A stretch of DNA of 63,480 nt, the filler included, from Octopus bimaculoides (Eukaryota): NCBI RefSeq assembly GCF_001194135.2. It is 3 parts of 3 records of this genome, joined end to end, with 100 filler letters (N's around TTAATTAATTAA, not from the genome) between each part and the next. Parts side by side here need not be neighbours in the genome. Positions count along the whole stretch, not along the records: positions 44,914 to 63,480 come from NC_068981.1; 2 more parts are not named here. One strand, given 5' to 3'. The notes beneath the pieces were generated by a model that was not told the DNA's origin, did no database searches, and worked only from the letters and a program-made list of their open reading frames with translations. This document shows positions 49,931 through 63,186 of this stretch, one piece after another; the stretch's first letter is position 1, and each line of letters opens with the position of its first letter. A program made the position numbers and the translations under genes.

Positions 49931-50057
49931 GCAGCTGTTCCTTAGTCCNNNNNNNNNNAGTCCTAAATCATCCCTCACGGAACCGACGTCTAATCGAAAC
50001 CTTTCGTGGGGGGGGGGGGGCGTATGTGCGCAAGCGTAGGCGGGTGGTAATAAATTT

Positions 50058-50216
50058 CATACCCAACAACATGGTTCCGGGATCAGTTCCACTACGTGGC
50101 ACCTCGGACAAATGCCTTTTACTATAGCATCAGGGTGACCAATCCCTTGTGAGTGGAATTTGATAGAAAAAGGCTGGAAGCCCATATGTATGTATGTATA
50201 TGTATACGTGCATAGA

Positions 50217-50247
<31 letters not shown>

Positions 50248-50445
50248 TTGTTTGTATTTGTCCCCCATCACCGCTTGACAACAGGTGTTGGTGTGTTAGC
50301 GTCTCTGTAATATAGCGGTTCGGCAAAAGAGGCCGATAAAAAAAGTAAGTACAGGGCTTAAACAAAAAAATTAAGTACTGGGGCAGATTTGTTTAACTAA
50401 AATTCTTCCAAGCAGTGCCCCAGTATGACCACAGTCTAACAACTA
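50058..50445 (+). mobile_element. SINE family A, diverged
   Basis: ACATGGTTCCGGGATCAGTTCCACTACGTGGCACCTCGGACAAATG and downstream body. Confidence 0.85.
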
Positions 50446-50448
50446 AAG

Positions 50449-50484
<36 letters not shown>

Positions 50485-50574
50485 TAAAGGGTATTCGGTT
50501 GCTATATCTTGCGGGGCCAAGCGACTGTATGTATCTAGTACTACAGTAGCATTACATTTAGTATCTTGTGATAA

Positions 50575-50790
50575 AGCGGCCAGCTAGCAGAATCGCTAGA
50601 GCTTTGCAAAATGCCTTCCGGTATATCTTCCAACTCATTACGCTCTAAGTTCCAACTCGGCCGAGGTCAACTTTACCTTCCATTCCTCCAGAGTTGATAA
50701 AACAAAGTAACAGGCAAGCCCTGGGATTGATCCTATCGACAATCCTTTTTCTTTAAAAATAATTGACCCCGTACTTAAATCAGAAACGTA
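50575..50790 (+). mobile_element. SINE family B, diverged
   Basis: AAAGCGGCCAGCTAGCAGAATCG head; GCCGAGGTCAACTTTACCTTCCATTCC centre. Confidence 0.75.
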
Positions 50791-51528
50791 TATAGCATTT
50801 AACATTACATCATCATATATGTATTGTCCTTTTTAAGACGATATCGCGGGATTTTGAAGATTTGCCAGCTTTTTCTAGTAGCATCGATCGACTGCATAGA
50901 AACTCTCTTGGTTGAAGACTTAAGTATATAGTAGTATTATACATACTACGATTACATTATCCAGTGTTTCCTTCTCTCTTTTAAAACGGCACGGTGTGTG
51001 ACTTGAGGAAAATTTGGCTGCTATTTCTAGCACAGTCGAGCCATCGTGATATAGCGCATTTCTTTTTTTTTTTTTTTGCTATTACTTTCTTCGTTGTGTC
51101 AGTCGATCTTTCTACCCGACACACCAACGTCCATAAATGATGTCCTCGTTATGATCTATTATATACCCATCGTTATGGAATATTATATACTTGTTCTCGC
51201 AGTCAACTTCTGCACCTATACGTTTGTCGATCCATGCATCCAACTATCTATCTAGCTAACTGTTAATATATCCGAATATGCCTACGTACATACATACATA
51301 CATACATACATACACACACGCAAACATCTCTCTCGCCCTCTCTCTCTATATATATATGTATACACACACACATATATATACACACTTACATACATATATG
51401 GGCAAGCAGTTTGGTAGTATATATATACATGGGTTTTTGCACGTATCTATGTATATGTGTGTCTGTATGTGTGTGTATTTGCATGTATGAGTATATATAC
51501 ATAAAGAGCGAGAGAAAGAAAGTAAGAA

Positions 51529-51586
<58 letters not shown>

Positions 51587-51916
51587 GGACTGTCAAGCAG
51601 ACGGACTGTCAAGCAGACGGACGGGCGGATGGACGAGCGAACGGATGGATGGATGAATAGGTAGATAGATAGATAGATTCAGCTGATTCCTTCTGTTACT
51701 ACTTCAAATTTTAGTGAATGATTGATCAAATGAACGGCCATGCTGGAAGACAATCAGTCTGTCAGTCTGTTATATCCAACATGGCCGTCTGATTGATCCT
51801 AAACATTCAAGCATTCGTGAAACTTAAAGTAACGGCAGGAGGTCTCGGATGAATAAATGTAATTACACTCTATTGACTAATTTTCCTCTTGCTCGTTATA
51901 AAAACTGCTTTATATC

Positions 51917-51964
<48 letters not shown>

Positions 51965-51978
51965 AGTGAGTGTATATG

Positions 51979-52027
<49 letters not shown>

Positions 52028-52579
52028 TTGTGTGTGTGTAGATATATATATGTATGTACATATATGTATGTATCTTTGTGTGTATCAATATATATATTTA
52101 TATATATATATATATATATATATNNNNNNNNNNNNNNNNNNNNNNNNNNNNNNNNNNNNNNNNNNNNNNNNNNNNNNNNNNNNNNNNNNNNNNNNNNNNN
52201 NNNNNNNNNNNNNNNNNNNNNNNNNNNNNNNNNNNNNNNNNNNNNNNNNNNNNNNNNNNNNNNNNNNNNNNNNNNNNNNNNNNNNNNNNNNNNNNNNNNN
52301 NNNNNNNNNNNNNNNNNNNNNNNNNNNNNNNNNNNNNNNNNNNNNNNNNNNNNNNNNNNNNNNNNNNNNNNNNNNNNNNNNNNNNNNNNNNNNNNNNNNN
52401 NNNNNNNNNNNNNNNNNNNNNNNNNNNNNNNNNNNNNNNNNNNNNNNNNNNNNNNNNNNNNNNNNNNNNNNNNNNNNNNNNNNNNNNNNNNNNNNNNNNN
52501 NNNNNNNNNNNNNNNNNNNNNNNNNNNNNNNNNNNNNNNNNNNNNNNNNNNNNNNNNNNNNNNNNNNNNNATATATATA

Positions 52580-52977
52580 TATCTTTTGTCTCTTACTTCA
52601 GTCATTCGACTGCGGCCATGCTGGGGCATCGTTTTGAAGAATATTTAGTCGAGTGAATCGACTCCGGTACTTATTTTGTTAAGCCCGGTACTTATTCTAT
52701 CAGTTTCTTTTTTCTGAACCGCTAAATTACGGAAACACGCCAACACCGGTTGTGAAGCAGTGGGGTGGGGGAGACAAACACAGGCTCAACGTCACACACT
52801 GTCAGATATATACATATACGGCAGGCTTCTTTCAGTTTTCAACTACCAAATCTACTCACAAGGCTTTGGTCGGCTCGTGGCTATAGCAGAAAACACTTGC
52901 CCAAGGTGCCACGCATTGGAACTGAACCCGGAACCATGTGGTTGAAAAGCAAGCTTCTTACCACACAGCTACGCCTA
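52580..52977 (-). mobile_element. SINE family A, full length
   Basis: Reverse-complement match from tail to head. Confidence 0.9.
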
Positions 52978-53684
52978 TATATATGAATGTATGCATACGT
53001 ACATTTATGTTTATACACACGCGAACGTATATCCAGACGTGTATGCAAACAAGTATATATACATATCTAAGCACGTAGAAACAATAAAAAATATTTTTGC
53101 GTGTGTGGGTGCCAACCTATCTCACCCAGTCTTTCTCATTGTTGGTCACTGTGTCAGTGTGTATACTGAACTCTACATTTGTCTGTCTATCTGTCAATCT
53201 TAGCTGTACAACTGCATATTTACGCTTTCCCATGACCAGCTAATATTATCATGCGAATTTCTCTCTAATCACAAATTACTGTCCTTAAAAGAATGGAAGA
53301 CCAAATTGGATAATAGGGTCTGAGGCAAACTATCTATATTGATGAGATGGTCATTGCTAGAATGTCTTTGAATTGAGGTGTACTTCATCAGATCTGTATT
53401 GAGGTACACGACTAAAACAATAGTATATGTTTTTCTGACTCTCATCTGCGTACGTATGCCGGTTTGCACATGCGTGAGAATAAGCGATCGTCTGCATTTG
53501 TGCAACTGTATGTATCAAGCAAACATAGTTTGTGTGCGGCAAAGCAACAATATTGGTGTTATCGTAAAATAGGCACATAGTCCTTCGTTCATTAAATTGG
53601 AGAAATAAAACTATGGTGTATCCATGCCTTTCGAAAGTTTCTGGTTTTTCTTCTTTTGATTTTGAGGTCTTTGTCTTTTCGAAG

Positions 53685-53746
53685 GTGGGGAGAAAGGAAA
53701 CCAAAGTACAAACCTCCAAGAAATAGCAATTTAGAAAAACAAAATG
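53685..53746 (+). CDS. Candidate exon of unidentified + strand gene (WGERKPKYKPPRNSNLEKQN)
   Basis: Long pyrimidine tract ...ctttgtcttttcgaag|G, donor ATG|gtaaat, 62 nt; only the phase 2 to 1 frame is open. Confidence 0.55.
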
Positions 53747-54103
53747 GTAAATTGTCATGTTCACATAATTCCCACGGGTATTGATAAGCAGTCTCAATCA
53801 TGTTTTATTTGAGAAACGAAACCGTGTCCCAGATTTGCTATTTAGCAATAAATTTCTATATTTAATTTCTATACTAGTTTCAGTCAAAAATCTTCGATGT
53901 TTTAGTCTATCGCATAAAAACTATTTATGCATGTATGTATGCACATATGTATGTATGCACATATGTATGTATGTATGTATGTATGTATATATATATATGT
54001 ATANNNNNNNNNNNNNNNNNNNNNNNNNNNNNNNNNNNNNNNNNNNNNNNNNNNNNNNNNNNNNNNNNNNNNNNNNNNNNNNNNNNNNNNNNNNNNNNNN
54101 NNN

Positions 54104-54141
<38 letters not shown>

Positions 54142-54169
54142 CATATATATATATATGTATGTATGTATG

Positions 54170-54200
<31 letters not shown>

Positions 54201-54419
54201 ATATATATATATGAATAAAACTACTTATTTTATCGTTCTTATTTGCCGATCTGCCAGGTAAATGGCCATAAATGGATATGTTCACAGATAGATGGATAGC
54301 ATGGTAGTTACTGCCGGAGGATATGCCCCAATGTTATCGCCCTGAGCCTACAATTCAGGCTTACGTATTACTCAAAAATAATCAATTACACTTTAAGCTA
54401 TTAATATACATACTTTCTA

Positions 54420-54669
54420 AAGTAAGGTTACCTTCTCGAGTCATGCTGACTCCTAAGGATCGGTTTCCCGGTTTCCATAACGTATAAATTCCCCACCTGG
54501 ACAGGACGCTGGTCCGTTGCAGGATTACACATTTTTGTCAGCTGAGTGGACTGGAACAACGTGAAATGAAATTTTTTGCTCAAGAACACGACGCGTCGCC
54601 CGGTCCAGGAATCGAAACCACAATCTAACAATCATTTAACACCCTAACCACTAAGCCACGCGCCTCCAC
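54420..54669 (-). mobile_element. SINE family C2 (tRNA-like head, CORE-like centre, different tail from C1)
   Basis: Minus strand GTGGAGGCGCGTGGCTTAGTGGTTAGGG, GGTTTCGATTCC, GTGTTCTTGAGCAA...TTTCACGTTGTTCCAGTCCACTCAGCTG. Confidence 0.85.
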
Positions 54670-56383
54670 TATTTCTATACATTGTACGGCTTCGAATTGA
54701 CTTCACCTTCGTTTTATTTATTTGTTTATTTGTTTGTTGATTGATTTATTTATTTATTTTGAGTGTTTATTACTACATTTGAAAACAAATTAGAATCGGT
54801 CTATAAATAATCACAGCGCAACAACAATATTATAAAGAAAGGAAATCAATTTCCGTTAATGAATTTTCATCGAAATTATTCATACAACTTCACAACACGG
54901 GAACGAGCAGAGGATTTGTACTGATTGAATGTCGCCCTGCTTTAAGTCCATATTTTTGTCACTATCCCATTATCCTGCCATCTGCCAAGGGCCATATCAT
55001 GACGCAGCAGGTTGTAGGTTGTAGGGAAGGTGGAATGTTCTATCTGACAACAAGCGCCACAGAATGAAGACACAAAAAATTATACTACTTAATAACATGA
55101 ATTTACCATCTTTGATAAGTGGAGGAACGCTTAAATATCACGTTCAGAATATACATTCCTGATGTGTGTGTGTGTGTGTGTATGCATACATATACACACA
55201 CATATGGTTAAAATATGCTTTGGAAAGAAAAGGTCGAAAGCTGCCCGACGCTATTATGTATAGATTTTGTACATCGAGTTAAAACGATAAAGCATAATTA
55301 TTTCACGTTCTCTCGTGGCTTCTAAAGTTTTATTCATATATACATATATATAAATACATACATACAAATAAGCATACATTCATGCAAGCATACATGTACG
55401 CATACACATACATTCATACATACACACACACACACACGCACACAAAGACACACACACATACACACACACACACACAAAGACACATACATACATAACATGC
55501 ATACATATGATATATACGTTTGTCAATAATGAACGCAACCATTGCTCGCTAATGAGCTCCAAAGTAAAGATGACTTTTTAACCCAGCTTATGATCTGCAG
55601 CTTTTACATGACTATCACTTTTATAACTCTTCTCAGAGAAAAGCATCCTCGTGACATTTGGCATTATGAAAAGATTTATCTTTACAGACGAGCAATATAT
55701 AGAAAAACAACACTATTTGCATGATTGACAGACATATGGTTCGTTCAGGTGACGAAGATTTATCCTAAGTTTGCTCTGTTTCATGTATCCACGGGGACTA
55801 AAAACACTAGTGTTATACAGAAAAACTAGGTGGCAAGTTGAACATTTAAAGATCTCATTGATATCTACGGAGTTTTTATGTCGGTTATTCGTTTTAATTT
55901 TGCATAATTAATACGATTCTCATCAAAATGTGTGGACGCATCCTTTACAATTTTTTCCTCATCAACTGTAATAATGCTTTCCGCAGAATATTACTTTAAT
56001 GCGTATCAGATTTCAGGCAGTTCTTTGGGTTTTAAGGAAGTTTTTTCTTTTTTTTTTTTTTTAGGAACATTATTCTATAAAGTATAGACTCACTCATCTT
56101 CCATACCATCTGCGTAGCCTGCCCTCCTCAACTTATTACGTCGCAAGAGAGCTTCTGCGCTTACAGCATTCGTTAACTCCAAGACCTGAGCATCACGCAC
56201 ATACGAGTACTTTTTTCTGTCTTTCTAAGAATTGTGCAAATTTTTCGATGATACTTTTGGTGAAAATGCCGTAACTGTTTCATACATATGTCGAAGTCAG
56301 GAAACAAGCAGGGTGTATTAGTTTGACACTCAGGAAGAACGGAAAAGTCTTTGGCACACACACACACACACACACACACACAA

Positions 56384-56608
56384 GCGGGGTGGCTGAAAAG
56401 TGAAAAGTTCCTGGCTTTAAGGGTATCGTGAAAGACCTGGTTGGAGGCTCAATCTTCCGAGTTCTTTTACAGGGCTTGGAAACACTGAAGGGCCGCTGCA
56501 ATAAGTGTGTGAATCTGAGAGGTGAATATGTTGAATAAAATAATAATTAACTGATCCTCCTGTATTTTCTTTTACCCGAAACCTGGGACTTTTCAGCACC
56601 CCCTCGTA
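56384..56608 (+). mobile_element. Non-autonomous mariner MITE retaining the transposase C-terminus
   Basis: TIRs GGGGTGGCTGAAAAG...TTCCTGGCTTT and AAACCTGGGACTTTTCAGCACCCCCTCGTA; internal LEGRCNKCVNLRGEYVE* resembles the mariner WxKCxxxxGxYxE end. Confidence 0.8.
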
Positions 56609-56864
56609 AACATAGATATATATTAATATATTATATACTGTAAAGTACATACATATACTATATGTGTGTATGTGTTTGTGTGTATGTATGTATGTATGTA
56701 TGTATGTATGTATGTATGTGTGTATGTATGTATGTATGTATGTATGTGTGTATGTATGCATGCATTCATGCATGCATGTATGTATGTATGTATGTATGTA
56801 TGTATGTATGTATGTATATATACACACCCACATACACAATTGATATATTTGTGTGCATGATGAA

Positions 56865-57030
56865 TGTGCGTGGCCTAGTGGTTAGGGTTGCTGGGCTCAC
56901 GATCATAAGGTTGTGGGTTCGATTCCTCGATATTACAGCGTAGTTGTTTCCTTAAACAAGGCACTTCATTTCACGCTATTCCAGTCTACTCGGCTGTAAG
57001 TGGGTACCAGCCAGCTACTGGAGTATCCAT
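56865..57030 (+). mobile_element. SINE family C2, truncated
   Basis: GCGTGGCCTAGTGGTTAGGG...GGGTTCGATTCC...CACTTCATTTCACGCTATTCCAGTCTACTCGGCTG. Confidence 0.8.
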
Positions 57031-57229
57031 TTCTTCCTTTAGGTGTCACATTCAAATTGTTTCACTGGATCAAAGGTAGAAGAACTGGGAGTGTGTCTTT
57101 GCTCACGACCACATAAGTACCATAAGCAATCAGTGAAAGTTCAGCACATTCTGCTAGGCCGTACTCGATTGCGCGTGACGGCTATAGTTTTATAGATAGA
57201 CGGACAGATAGATAGACAGTTAGGTAGAT

Positions 57230-57260
<31 letters not shown>

Positions 57261-57489
57261 TAGATGGATAGATATAGAATTATGCATATACGTATATGTG
57301 TGTGTGCGTGTGTATACATATACATACATACATATGTATGTGTATGTATGTATGTATGTATGTATGTATGTATGTGTGCATGAATGCATGCAAACACATA
57401 CACATATATGTTATTTCTTGCTCTGTGTGGAGGAAGTGTAAGTGCCCACACCCTTTGTAGGCCACTTAGACCGATGCAATCGGTGTCGT

Positions 57490-57930
57490 TTATGTACCCC
57501 TCGAACCTTTGAAAATCAACATCAACGCGAAAGACATGAGCAGGGCGGGAACTCCAGTGGGGTGCAGTTTAAGGAAGGAAGAACTCGCTGCATTGATTAG
57601 TGCGTATCCAATGTGTACTTGAATACAACAAACGTACTTCAAAGGGACAGAGACTAGTAAGCGAAAATCCCTATATAGAGGAGGCGTGAACCCGGCTAAT
57701 TCTGATGAACAGAAACCATTATAACACCAGTTCAAGAATCAGATTGAGGTTACAACGCACCTGTGGTGGATAAGAGACTGCGGATCATGTTTGTGAGTGA
57801 TTTCATACCTATCTGTAGTGTTGTCTTTTTGGGGAGATGTCGACGAGAATATCTGTGCGGTCAGATGTACCGCCATTCCAGATCTGAAAGTAACAGTCCA
57901 TTGTGATCTCTGCCCGGGTATTAAAAGCAT
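57490..57930 (+). mobile_element. Possible decayed LINE APE-endonuclease 5' fragment
   Basis: LEPLKININAKD...KEELAALISAYPMCT*IQQT...YRGGV loosely resembles the NxNG / IQET / GGGV motifs; GC-richer than its flanks. Confidence 0.3.
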
Positions 57931-57944
57931 TAATAATTACTAAT

Positions 57945-58164
57945 TTCAAATTTTGGCACAAGGCCAGCAATTTCGGGGAAGAGGTAAGTCGATTACATCG
58001 ACCCCAGAACTCAACTGGTACCTTCTTTTTTATTTAATCCCGAAAGGATAAAAGGCAAAGTCGATCTCGGCGGAATTTGAACTCAGAACGTGAAGACGGA
58101 CGAAATGATGTTAAACATTTCGCCCGACATGCTAACGCTTCTGCCAGCTCGCCGCCTTAACAGC
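57945..58164 (-). mobile_element. SINE family B, full length
   Basis: TTTCAAATTTTGGCACAAGGCC...AAAGTCGATCTCGGCGGAATTTGAACTC...CTGCCAGCTCGCCGCCTT. Confidence 0.9.
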
Positions 58165-58559
58165 NNNNNNNNNNNNNNNNNNNNNNNNNNNNNNNNNNNN
58201 NNNNNNNNNNNNNNNNNNNNNNNNNNNNNNNNNNNNNNNNNNNNNNNNNNNNNNNNNNNNNNNNNNNNNNNNNNNNNNNNNNNNNNNNNNNNNNNNNNNN
58301 NNNNNNNNNNNNNNNNNNNNNNNNNNNNNNNNNNNNNNNNNNNNNNNNNNNNNNNNNNNNNNNNNNNNNNNNNNNNNNNNNNNNNNNNNNNNNNNNNNNN
58401 NNNNNNNNNNNNNNNNNNNNNNNNNNNNNNNNNNNNNNNNNNNNNNNNNNNNNNNNNNNNNNNNNNNNNNNNNNNNNNNNNNNNNNNNNNNNNNNNNNNN
58501 NNNNNNNNNNNNNNNNNNNNNNNNNNNNNNNNNNNNNNNNNNNNNNNNNNNNNNNNNNN

Positions 58560-58607
<48 letters not shown>

Positions 58608-58628
58608 TATGCATATATATTTGTGTGC

Positions 58629-58678
<50 letters not shown>

Positions 58679-58812
58679 CGTTTTTGTATCAGGTTCGCAA
58701 GATTCTTTATATGAATTCGTGTGTCAGAACACACGAATAATGAACAATGACTCTCCCTAGACACAACAAAATATACATATATACATACATGCATATACAG
58801 TGAGAAAGAGGG

Positions 58813-58852
<40 letters not shown>

Positions 58853-58868
58853 GTTGTTGTTGTTCAAG

Positions 58869-58918
58869 ATCAAAGTATCTTTGAACTCGCTCTCCAAGCG
58901 AAGGCGTCGGGAATCTAA
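58869..58918 (+). CDS. Candidate terminal coding exon (D)QSIFELALQAKASGI*
   Basis: gttgttgttcaag|AT; phase 1 start joins 53685-53746; TAA at 58916-58918; AATAAA near 59030. Confidence 0.5.
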
Positions 58919-59444
58919 TGACTGGTTTCTGTTGCTGCATGTGCTTCATTATTTTTTTAAATTTTACTTATATGTTTTGCTTTGTTTCGTTTAATTTGCT
59001 ATTTTATAAATGTTAACTTATTTCACAAACAATAAATTCATGTTTGGTTGAAAACCTTTTCATTTTTCTTTTATTTTATACATTCGTTATTACGTCGGGA
59101 AATATGTATTCCTGTAAGACGAATATGCCCATCACTTCCCACCATTCCCCACGTAATAATATTACCTGAACGACTCAAGTAATATGATATTGCTATTATT
59201 GTGACTTATCTTTTCGGGGACTCGGCACACTGATCTTGTTATTCTTCTGGAGAGGTCGAATATTTTGGGGTCGTAACCGTTTTATGAACAGTCTCCTAGC
59301 CTTTAGATGGCTTTAGTAGAGTCCACTATGTTTCAAACATTTGGATTATGTCTCTCACGATGGAGTTAACCTCTTCCCGCTATGTCAAGAGCTCCAAGAA
59401 GGGAAAATCATCGGCGCTGTTTTACTGCCTTCAAATTAATTATT

Positions 59445-59645
59445 TCTAATTTTAGTACAAGGCCAGTAATTTTGAGGAAAGGAGTAAGTTGATTACATTG
59501 ATCACAGTACTCAACTGGCATTTGTTTTATTGCTCCGAAAGGATGGAAGACAAAGTCGACCACGGCGGTTTGTGAACTGAGGACGTAAAAAGCCAGAAGA
59601 AACTGCCTCTCAACGGTAACGATTCTACCAGCTCGCCGCCTCCTC
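59445..59645 (-). mobile_element. SINE family B
   Basis: AAAGTCGACCACGGCGG and CTACCAGCTCGCCGCC. Confidence 0.85.
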
Positions 59646-60342
59646 CGAAATTATACTAAATACACACACACACACTCACATACATACATCTATCTATGTA
59701 CATATGCGTGTGTGAGTGTGTGAGTGTATGTGATTACACATATATGTATGTATGTATGTGTGTGTGTGTATGTATGTACGTATGTATGTATGTATGTATG
59801 TATAGTATGTATGCATGTATGTATGCATGTATGTATGCATGTGTAGTATTTAATACATAACAATGCGGAGTATATATATATATTCATATTATTAAGAATC
59901 AAATACCTTACAAATGTTTCAAACGTTTATGTATAGAAACAGTTGTACAGTTGTGTGTGTATGTGTATGTGTGAGTGAGTGAGTGACTGAGTGTCCGTAT
60001 TTCGTATTTGTGAATACTCCACGTAGCTGCACGACATAAAAGAGAATATAATGATGATGACGGGAAGCGCATCTTCCTATAAAACACTGATTCAGGTAAA
60101 CCGTCCAACCCGTACCACCATGGAAAAGTAGATGTAAAATTTTGTATCAGAGAAACGTTTTCTCTGATACAAAAATCCCCAGTGAAAGCAATCCACATTT
60201 CAATGACCGCAGCATGTTAAAAATAAATGTACACATCTTTATTCTGATCCTCGCTGCTTCGTGCGCGTATATTAAATTAATTTCAACATGGGCACGTATC
60301 AGCACACAGCAACGAATGTATTGTTTGTTGTTTTGTGTATAT

Positions 60343-60396
<54 letters not shown>

Positions 60397-60644
60397 AAAC
60401 AAATAATAAATGAGTATATGCATATATACGTACAAGTATGTGCATACCTACATCTACCTGTATATATAGGTGCATATCTGGGTACAGGACATTGCAAACA
60501 AAATGTAGACAAAAAAATAACAATAACCAGAGTACAGAAAACATACAGGCCACATAGAGAACATTTTCCTTCATCAGCTACCCCGATTCTAACACAGGCG
60601 TTTCGAAGAGTTGCTCCACATTAGATCAAATGATCGAGGCGGGA

Positions 60645-60695
60645 GTCTGCCACTGAAGAGACGAAATTACGAAGAAACACGGTGTCTGATAGTCT
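60645..60695 (+). ncRNA. Degenerate minimal type I hammerhead ribozyme motif (Penelope/retrozyme-like)
   Basis: CTGAAGA (60653-60659), degenerate stem II, GAAAC (60674-60678), palindromic stem III ACACgGTGT, GTC cleavage triplet ending at 60686; stem I pairs at 5 of 6 positions. Confidence 0.5.
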
Positions 60696-61251
60696 GCTGA
60701 AGTCACTTAAAGATCAGCTTCATGTGTTTAAACATATAAAAGTTTATAGACAGAAAATAGCTGCAGTGAATGCCTCTCACGTTCCAGTGGTAGAAAAACG
60801 CGTTAAAAATAAAAGTACACGTCTTTATTTTGATTCTCGTTACTTTTATGTTTGTGCGTGTGAGAGAGAGAGAGAGAGAGTTGGGTGTATTATGTGCGTG
60901 TGTATGTGTGTGTGTTTGTGTGTGTATGTGTGTGTGTCTACGTGTCTATATATTGTGTAATATATGTATATGTATATGAGTATGTATGTGTAAAATATCA
61001 AAATTGGTTTAAAGGATGTTGAAAGAACAAAACGGAAAGAAATAGTAGAAGGTATTTGACGTTTTGGATGTTAGACTTTCTTCAGAAAGAAAAGAAAAGA
61101 AAATGGAAACATAGGAAGAGGGAGAGAGGGTATCTAGATAGATATTTATGATAACAATAACCATATTGAGACGCGGAAAGGCAGGGTTAAGAACCTGGGT
61201 GAAGGCCAATATATGGAGCAGAGTCAAGAAGAGAGATTGGACGGGTGTGTA

Positions 61252-61289
<38 letters not shown>

Positions 61290-61543
61290 NNNNNNNNNNN
61301 NNNNNNNNNNNNNNNNNNNNNNNNNNNNNNNNNNNNNNNNNNNNNNNNNNNNNNNNNNNNNNNNNNNNNNNNNNNNNNNNNNNNNNNNNNNNNNNNNNNN
61401 NNNNNNNNNNNNNNNNNNNNNNNNNNNNNNNNNNNNNNNNNNNNNNNNNNNNNNNNNNNNNNNNNNNNNNNNNNNNNNNNNNNNNNNNNNNNNNNNNNNN
61501 NNNNNNNNNNNNNNNNNNNNNNNNNNNNNNNNNNNNNATAAAT

Positions 61544-61596
<53 letters not shown>

Positions 61597-62362
61597 CATA
61601 CATGCATGCATGCATTCATACATACATACATACATACATATATACATACATACATACATGTAAATGCGTGTAGAGAAAGAAAGAAAGAAAGATTATCGTT
61701 TTTACCCAGAAGAGACGAAAATGTTGGAAGTTAAGACCTTGGTAAAATTTGAACACAGAATGTAAAGGAATCGAACAAAATATAACAAAGTGTTTAGTCC
61801 GGCACTACCGTTTCAGTCAATCGACCACCCTCATAATTCTAAAGCTCAATTTGCCGTAGAGACGCAGTTATAACCAATAAAATCGATATAAATATTCGGT
61901 CACCGAATAATATTTTTGTCGAATATTTTAGTGGTAAGCCCATGTAGGAATTGAATTTTAGGAGAGAGAAAGAAAGAGAGAGGAGAGAGAGGTGTATATC
62001 ATTATCAGAATCGTTACAGAGTGGGTGTTTAGTTAGAGCTGCTTTTATGTGCTGAGTTCGAATCGTATAGCCGTGAACTTTGACGGTCATCATTCTTGAT
62101 CTCGATAAAATAATAAAGGGCGATTTATAATAATATAATACATTTTAAATGTGAATGGAATCATAATGTGAGAACAAAGAAGAATGCGGTTCTTGGCTGA
62201 TGCCTTCTTTAACGATGATAGAAGAAGGATGATGGTGGAGGCTATCCCAAGCTAGATCAGACCCCAGAACTTGAAGCAGCATAATTTTGTCGGAAACTCT
62301 ACTGGTGTAGCTGTCCATCTTTCCCAATGGGCTAAAATTTGACTCAAAAGTACTCGCGCGTA

Positions 62363-62399
<37 letters not shown>

Positions 62400-63132
62400 A
62401 CACAGAAATGTAAATCGACGATGCAGCTTCAATGTGGTCATTTACTCTGCTAGAAAAAAAAAAGCTGTCAAACCTGCCCCCGTTTGAAAATTTGAACGAT
62501 GCAATGAATAAAGTAGTCCCTGATGTACTGTCAGAGAAAGCGAAAATAAAACAAAAACAAAAACAAAAAAAAACATGGATCACGGCTGGAATGCTTTGAT
62601 CAGGACAACTCGATCAGAAATAACCTTGGGTTAAACAACATTGACAATTCATATATAAGCAATAGAACTCGATAAATACTTGCAAAAATATAAACATAAA
62701 CCTTAAAACGAATGCACAGTGCATGCTTTTGAGTGCGTGTGTGTTTTTGTATGTCCTCTCTAGTCTGTGCTTGATTTTGTGTGTGTGTCTATTGCAAGCT
62801 AATTCAAAACCTTTCCTGATGCAACCACACAGCGAGTAACCAGTTCTATCGATCGATCCTTCATAAATTAATATAAATTTGAATATATATATATACATAT
62901 TCATCCTAAGTGCGTGTCTGTTTGCGTGAGTGAGTTTTCGGCCACGTATTTATGTGCATGTTTTCGTGCATTTACACGCGCACACACGCACACACGCGCG
63001 CGGGCGGTGGGGGCGGGTAGAAATGCACATTCAGACAGACATACATACAGTAACATGCGTCTGTATCAGTTTGTGTGTATGTATGTGTATGTGTGGGTGG
63101 CTGCATGTATTTGTGAGTAGCTGTGTAAGGTA

Positions 63133-63133
<1 letters not shown>

Positions 63134-63186
<53 letters not shown>

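Noticed and set aside
55646-55730. Acceptor followed by EKHPRDIWHYEKIY...
   Set aside because: Two frames are equally open, there is no donor, and the 58869 exon gives a better-supported end.
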